A DNA stretch of 10,260 nucleotides, taken from positions 1 through 10,260 of the forward strand of contig JBKPAK010000073.1 in assembly GCA_046726415.1 (NCBI GenBank). Reading direction: 5' to 3'. Positions 7,592 through 10,260 of this stretch are shown piece by piece (position 1 is the stretch's first letter; each line of letters starts with the position of its first letter). Under the pieces are notes generated by a model. It saw only the letters and a program-made list of their open reading frames with translations. It made no database searches and was not told the DNA's origin. The stretch comes from Candidatus Methylomirabilota bacterium. GTDB lineage: Bacteria > Methylomirabilota > Methylomirabilia > Rokubacteriales > CSP1-6. A program made the position numbers and the translations under genes.

Positions 7592-8027
7592 ACAAAAATC
7601 TGACTGCAAAAGCATCAGTCGTGATCGAGGCGCCAATTTCTGTCGTCTGGGATGCGTTGACCAAGCCCGAACTCATCAAGCGGTACATGTTCGGCACGAA
7701 CGTCGTGGCCGACTGGCAGGTCGGGAGTCCTATCGTCTGGAAGGGCGAATGGCAGGGGAAAACTTACGAAGACAAGGGAAAGTCCTCAGAGTCGACGAAG
7801 AACGCGGGCTCTCATACAGTCACTTCAGTCCGCTATCGGGCAAGCCCGATGAACCGGGAAACTACCATACGGTGACGATCGAACTCGAACGCACGGGGGA
7901 TCGTACGGTCGTCGCACTGACGCAAGACAACAACGCCACAGCAGAAGCTCGCGACCATTCGCAGAAGAACGGGGAAATGATGCTGGACGGACTGAAGACA
8001 TTGTTGGAGCGCGCTACCTCACGGTGA
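7588..8027 (+). pseudogene. SRPBCC / AHSA1-like domain protein with one frameshift
   Basis: IEAPISVVWDALTKPELIKRYMFGT.V..DW.VGSPIVWKGEWQGKTYEDKGK, one base missing at ~7780, then VLRV...LSYSHFSPLSGKPD.PGNYHTVTIEL...LTQDNN. ATGA overlap with the upstream gene. Confidence 0.9.
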
Positions 8028-8151
8028 GCAGCTCGGCGCCATCCGTGGCGTAGCGTGCAAAGCGGAAGTCCCGGATGCCGGCGACGCGGCCGTCGCGCCA
8101 ATCCAGTAGGATGAAATAGCCCGGCGTTCGTTCCTCGCCATTCACCGGATC
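8014..8151 (-). pseudogene. C-terminal fragment of an ECF sigma-70 factor with a SnoaL-like extension
   Basis: Not in the ORF track: DPVNGEERTPGYFILLDWRDGRVAGIRDFRFARYATDGAELLTVR-TAG. The YFILLDW..G....IRDFR.ARY pattern is recognised from memory. Confidence 0.65.
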
Positions 8152-8210
8152 TTCTTGGGCAGCCCGCGGTGCAGGTTGCGGGCATCGGTCATGACATGCG
8201 CCTCGCTAGT

Positions 8211-8457
8211 GCCGCGCGCGGCCTCGCCGACATCGATCGCCGACGGCGGGGGTACATCGAGCAGCTCCGCGCGGACGCGGGCATCCCACCGCAGCGCGCG
8301 GCCACGCGAGCGCAAGTCCTGTACTGGACCTACCTCGGTGCCGCACTGAGCCGGAGCAGGCTCACCGGCGAGCGACTCGATCGGTCGGATCGTGGCTGAA
8401 CTGAAATGGATCGGACTGAGCGGGCGCCCTCGAAGAAGCGTCTCCGGGCCTGCGTGA
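8211..8457 (+). pseudogene. TetR/AcrR family regulator C-terminal fragment
   Basis: AARGLADIDRRRRGYIEQL..DAGI....AATRAQVLYWTYLGAALSRSRLTGERLDR. Removing the TCGG duplication (8381-8388) continues it as IVAELKWIGL...TGA at 8457. HTH absent. Confidence 0.65.
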
Positions 8458-8477
8458 ACGTCGTGCCCGGCGGTCTG

Positions 8478-9385
8478 TCAGGTATCGGCGCCGGCGCCGA
8501 GCTCCACGGACACCGGCGTGCCGAACAGCACCGCGGTTCCGCTCGGAGTGTCGTAGGCCTGATCGTCGGTCAGGACGTTCGTGTTCACGCCGGGATGCGC
8601 CTTCGCGACCGTCAGCCGTAATTCCTCGACGTCGTGTCCCCAGCCGTGAGGAAGACTGACGACACCGGGCATCAGATCGTCGGTGACTTCCGCCGGCGCC
8701 ACGACGCTGCCGACACGACTGGTGACGCGGACCAGGCTGCCGTTCTTCGCTCCGATCTCACCGGCGTCCCGCGTCGAGATCTGCAGCGTGCAGCGGTTCG
8801 GTCCCTTCACCAGTGCCGGCAGGTTGTGCATGAACGAATTGCTCGTGCGGAGGTCGCGCCGTCCGATCAGCACCATGGTCCGCGCGGGTTCGCTCATCCG
8901 TTTTCGCAGACGCGCCAGATCACCGAGCAGCATCGACGGCGCGAGCTCGATCATCCCGCCGACGGTGTTGATGACGTCAGGCAGTCGCGGTTGCAGCGGC
9001 CCCAGATCGATGCCGTGCGTCGCCGCTTGCACCTTGGCCAGAGTCAGTCCCTCGGGCGCGCGGCCGAACCCGTCGCCGTGCGGTCCGACGCGCAGCAGCA
9101 GGTCGACGATACGCTCGGGGCCGATCCGTCGGCCCAGCGTGCCGACGATCTCGTCCACGCTGAGCCCGGGCCAGCGGGCGTCTTCGCGGACTACGCCCTC
9201 GGCGAGACGGCGAAAGATGAAGTCGTCTACGTTCTACGTCCTTCTGGGAGCCGCCGTTAAGACCCATCAGTCGCGCGCTCAACGTGGCCAGCACCTGCCA
9301 CGTCTGTGGTGCGTCCGGCGGCGGGGAGACCACGGCCGGAGACCACTTCGCCACGTTGCGAACCGAGAGGTGGTAGAACGCCAGC
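8478..9385 (-). pseudogene. Molybdopterin-dependent oxidoreductase (DMSO reductase family), C-terminal part only
   Basis: LAFYHLSVRNVAKWSP..., HGIDLGPLQPRLP, LIGRRDLRTSNSFMHNLP, VRVTSRVG, PGVVSLPHGWGH, GVNTNVL (molybdopterin dinucleotide-binding domain). A 7-bp duplication at 9226-9239 shifts the frame. N-terminal part absent. Confidence 0.92.
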
Positions 9386-9586
9386 TTCAAGGGTCTCCCA
9401 GACGTCCACTACAGCGATGATCGACACTGGGTCACTGGCAATCTGGGCGTTTCCGAGTGGCTTCTGACTGGCACGACGCCAGAGGGACGTCGAGTTCGAG
9501 TGCGGGGATGCGACCACTGGGAGTTTCGCGACGGGAAGGTCCTCAGGAAGGACTCGTACTGGAAGATCGTCGAGAAACCGGTGTAA
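9386..9586 (+). pseudogene. SnoaL-like/NTF2 protein C-terminal half (probable gene cassette remnant)
   Basis: Not in the ORF track: FKGLPDVHYSDDRHWVTGNLGVSEWLLTGTTPEGRRVRVRGCDHWEFRDGKVLRKDSYWKIVEKPV-TAA, ending 8 nt before an attC-like site. Confidence 0.85.
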
Positions 9587-9594
9587 CATGCCCG

Positions 9595-9652
9595 CTCTAG
9601 CTCCGGGCTCGAGCCGACGCGCTCCCGCGTGCGGCTCAGCCCAGCGTTAGCC
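9595..9652 (+). mobile_element. Integron attC site (58 bp) with degenerate R'' box
   Basis: R'' CTCTAGC, 5 nt, L'' GCTCGAGC ... L' GCTCAGC, 5 nt, R' GTTAGCC. The arms pair with one extra base in L'' (extrahelical G on the bottom strand). Confidence 0.8.
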
Positions 9653-9666
9653 ATCCGGGTGCAGAC

Positions 9667-9909
9667 ATGAAGACAGTGGTGAAAGAGTTGGTGTCCCGCG
9701 ACCGTACGCTGAAAGTTCAGATCTATCGTCGCGAAGCAGGAACGTTCGGCTTCGAGCAGTGGCGATTCAGCGATGACCCTTGCGAACACCGCTGGATCCC
9801 GTACGGTCGATTCCCCGAGTGCATCGCTCCGGACGAGCAGACGGCGAAGCACGAAGCCCGCGACCGGGTAGAGTGGTTGCGGCTCGAAGCCTCCGCGACC
9901 GATGGCTAA
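9667..9909 (+). CDS. Hypothetical 80-aa protein in an integron gene cassette
   Basis: Starts 14 nt after GTTAGCC, and its stop codon lies within GGCTAAC. No family recognised. Confidence 0.8.
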   Translation: MKTVVKELVSRDRTLKVQIYRREAGTFGFEQWRFSDDPCEHRWIPYGRFPECIAPDEQTAKHEARDRVEWLRLEASATDG

Positions 9910-10049
9910 CCGGCCGTTGCAGCGGCCGAACGCCCTTTGTCTTCCGTTCGGTCTCTGGTGCCGCAACGCCGCGGGCAGTGCCCGCGGCTTCTCGCGGTCC
10001 TGGTACGCTCGTGGCGACCGGTCGGCATTCGCCGCTGAACGGCAGCATC
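9904..10049 (+). mobile_element. Long integron attC site, R' box lost
   Basis: R'' GGCTAAC, 5 nt, L'' GTTGCAGC. GCCGTTGCAGCGGCCGAACGCC pairs with GGCATTCGCCGCTGAACGGC (10024-10043) with two extra bases. Internal hairpin at 9968-9988. No GTTRRRY follows L'. Confidence 0.8.
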
Positions 10050-10118
10050 GCTCCGCGCACGGCGGAGTCATCAAAACGATGGCAGCCGTCATTGATCGTC
10101 ACCGCGACGAAGCTCTAG
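10044..10118 (+). pseudogene. Probable C-terminal fragment of an unidentified gene (possibly a SAM methyltransferase)
   Basis: SIAPRTAESSKRWQPSLIVTATKL-TAG begins where the attC R' should be. The family guess is weak. Confidence 0.3.
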
Positions 10119-10170
10119 GCCAAGAAGGCTACAGGCCAAGCGAGGCCCTTCACGCAGACGGAGGGTCACG

Positions 10171-10260
10171 ATGACGCCAGACGAGGGCCGCTACTATGCT
10201 AGCCACAGCGTCGAGTCTGATCCAAAAGAGCTTGGCGAACTCCTCGACGCGTTGCCGAAG
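10171..10260 (+). CDS. N-terminus of a probable transglutaminase-like domain protein (runs off the window)
   Basis: GGAGG RBS, then MTPDEGRYYASHSVESDPKELGELLDALPK. The YY..HS..SDP....LLD.LP pattern matches that family's start. Confidence 0.55.
   Translation, partial: MTPDEGRYYASHSVESDPKELGELLDALPK

Noticed and set aside
9257-9589. 110-aa minus-strand ORF
   Set aside because: Antisense to the plus-strand SnoaL fragment, joined to off-frame oxidoreductase sequence.
1-10260. CRISPR array, tRNA/rRNA, integron integrase or known defence system
   Set aside because: I saw no regularly spaced direct repeats, RNA gene signatures, tyrosine recombinase motifs or defence-gene motifs.

Overview
GC-rich bacterial accessory region that reads as a patchwork of about 25 small genes and gene fragments. 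Apparently intact genes: TetR with operator, an NTF2/SnoaL-like protein, DUF1772, a cupin, DUF1330, a CGNR zinc-finger regulator, an ABM-like protein and one integron-type cassette ORF. Truncated or frameshifted remnants: an ICMT-family methyltransferase, DUF899, four further SnoaL-like pieces, DoxX, a split tautomerase-like gene, SRPBCC, an ECF sigma C-terminus, a second TetR, a molybdopterin oxidoreductase, IS3 orfA and an rve integrase-core IS that keeps its right end. The clearest unannotated structure is a decaying integron cassette array at about 9386-10050, with two attC-like sites flanking an 80-aa orphan ORF and no integrase in the window. Across the window, 5'-truncated genes are repeatedly joined back-to-back, and many frameshifts are 1-7 bp duplications. 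Family assignments come from recognising motifs by eye; no database search was run.
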